The notes under the pieces were generated by a model, which made no database searches, was not told the DNA's origin, and saw only the letters and a program-made list of their open reading frames with translations. A DNA stretch of 64,000 bases, from NCBI RefSeq assembly GCF_030684315.1, contig NC_081370.1, forward strand, positions 50,424,728-50,488,727, written 5' to 3'. This DNA comes from Stegostoma tigrinum (taxonomy: Eukaryota). A program made the translations under genes and the position numbers. The number at the start of each line of letters is the position of its first letter. The first letter of the stretch is position 1. Shown here piece by piece: positions 63,904 to 64,000 of this stretch.

Positions 63904-64000
63904 GTAAGATTAATTTGATAATAAAGGGAATTTAATTTTCTTTTGCACTAATGCTGTTTTTGCAACTAATATGGTTAGTAGGATAAGCCGAGAGAGTCTG

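Overview
Eukaryotic genomic DNA from a cartilaginous fish. HE1 V-SINEs and elasmobranch-type CR1 and Penelope repeats suggest a shark, probably a carpet shark (inference). The whole window appears to lie inside a + strand TTC17 (tetratricopeptide repeat protein 17) gene. I traced 16 GT-AG coding exons from 17562 to 63903 that splice into one uninterrupted frame of 2448 nt (816 codons); the gene's 5' and 3' ends lie outside the window. The introns are full of transposable elements: a Tigger/pogo remnant, a Gypsy gag remnant, many CR1 and other LINE fragments, SINEs, and an unusually rich set of Penelope-like elements (PLEs) whose terminal repeats carry minimal hammerhead-ribozyme (HHR) motifs. 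The most notable items are: (i) a young non-autonomous PLE with two identical HHR repeats 1850 nt apart, which keeps a 423-aa N-terminal ORF but has lost most of RT and all of the endonuclease (retrozyme-like); (ii) ~200-bp fold-back HHR mini-elements with 13-16 bp target-site duplications (TSDs); (iii) a head-to-head PLE whose ~560-bp inverted arms each carry a GIY-YIG ORF ending inside the HHR; and (iv) a candidate poison cassette exon. Repeat boundaries were read by eye and are approximate unless a TSD is given. No prokaryotic-type system or CRISPR array is present.
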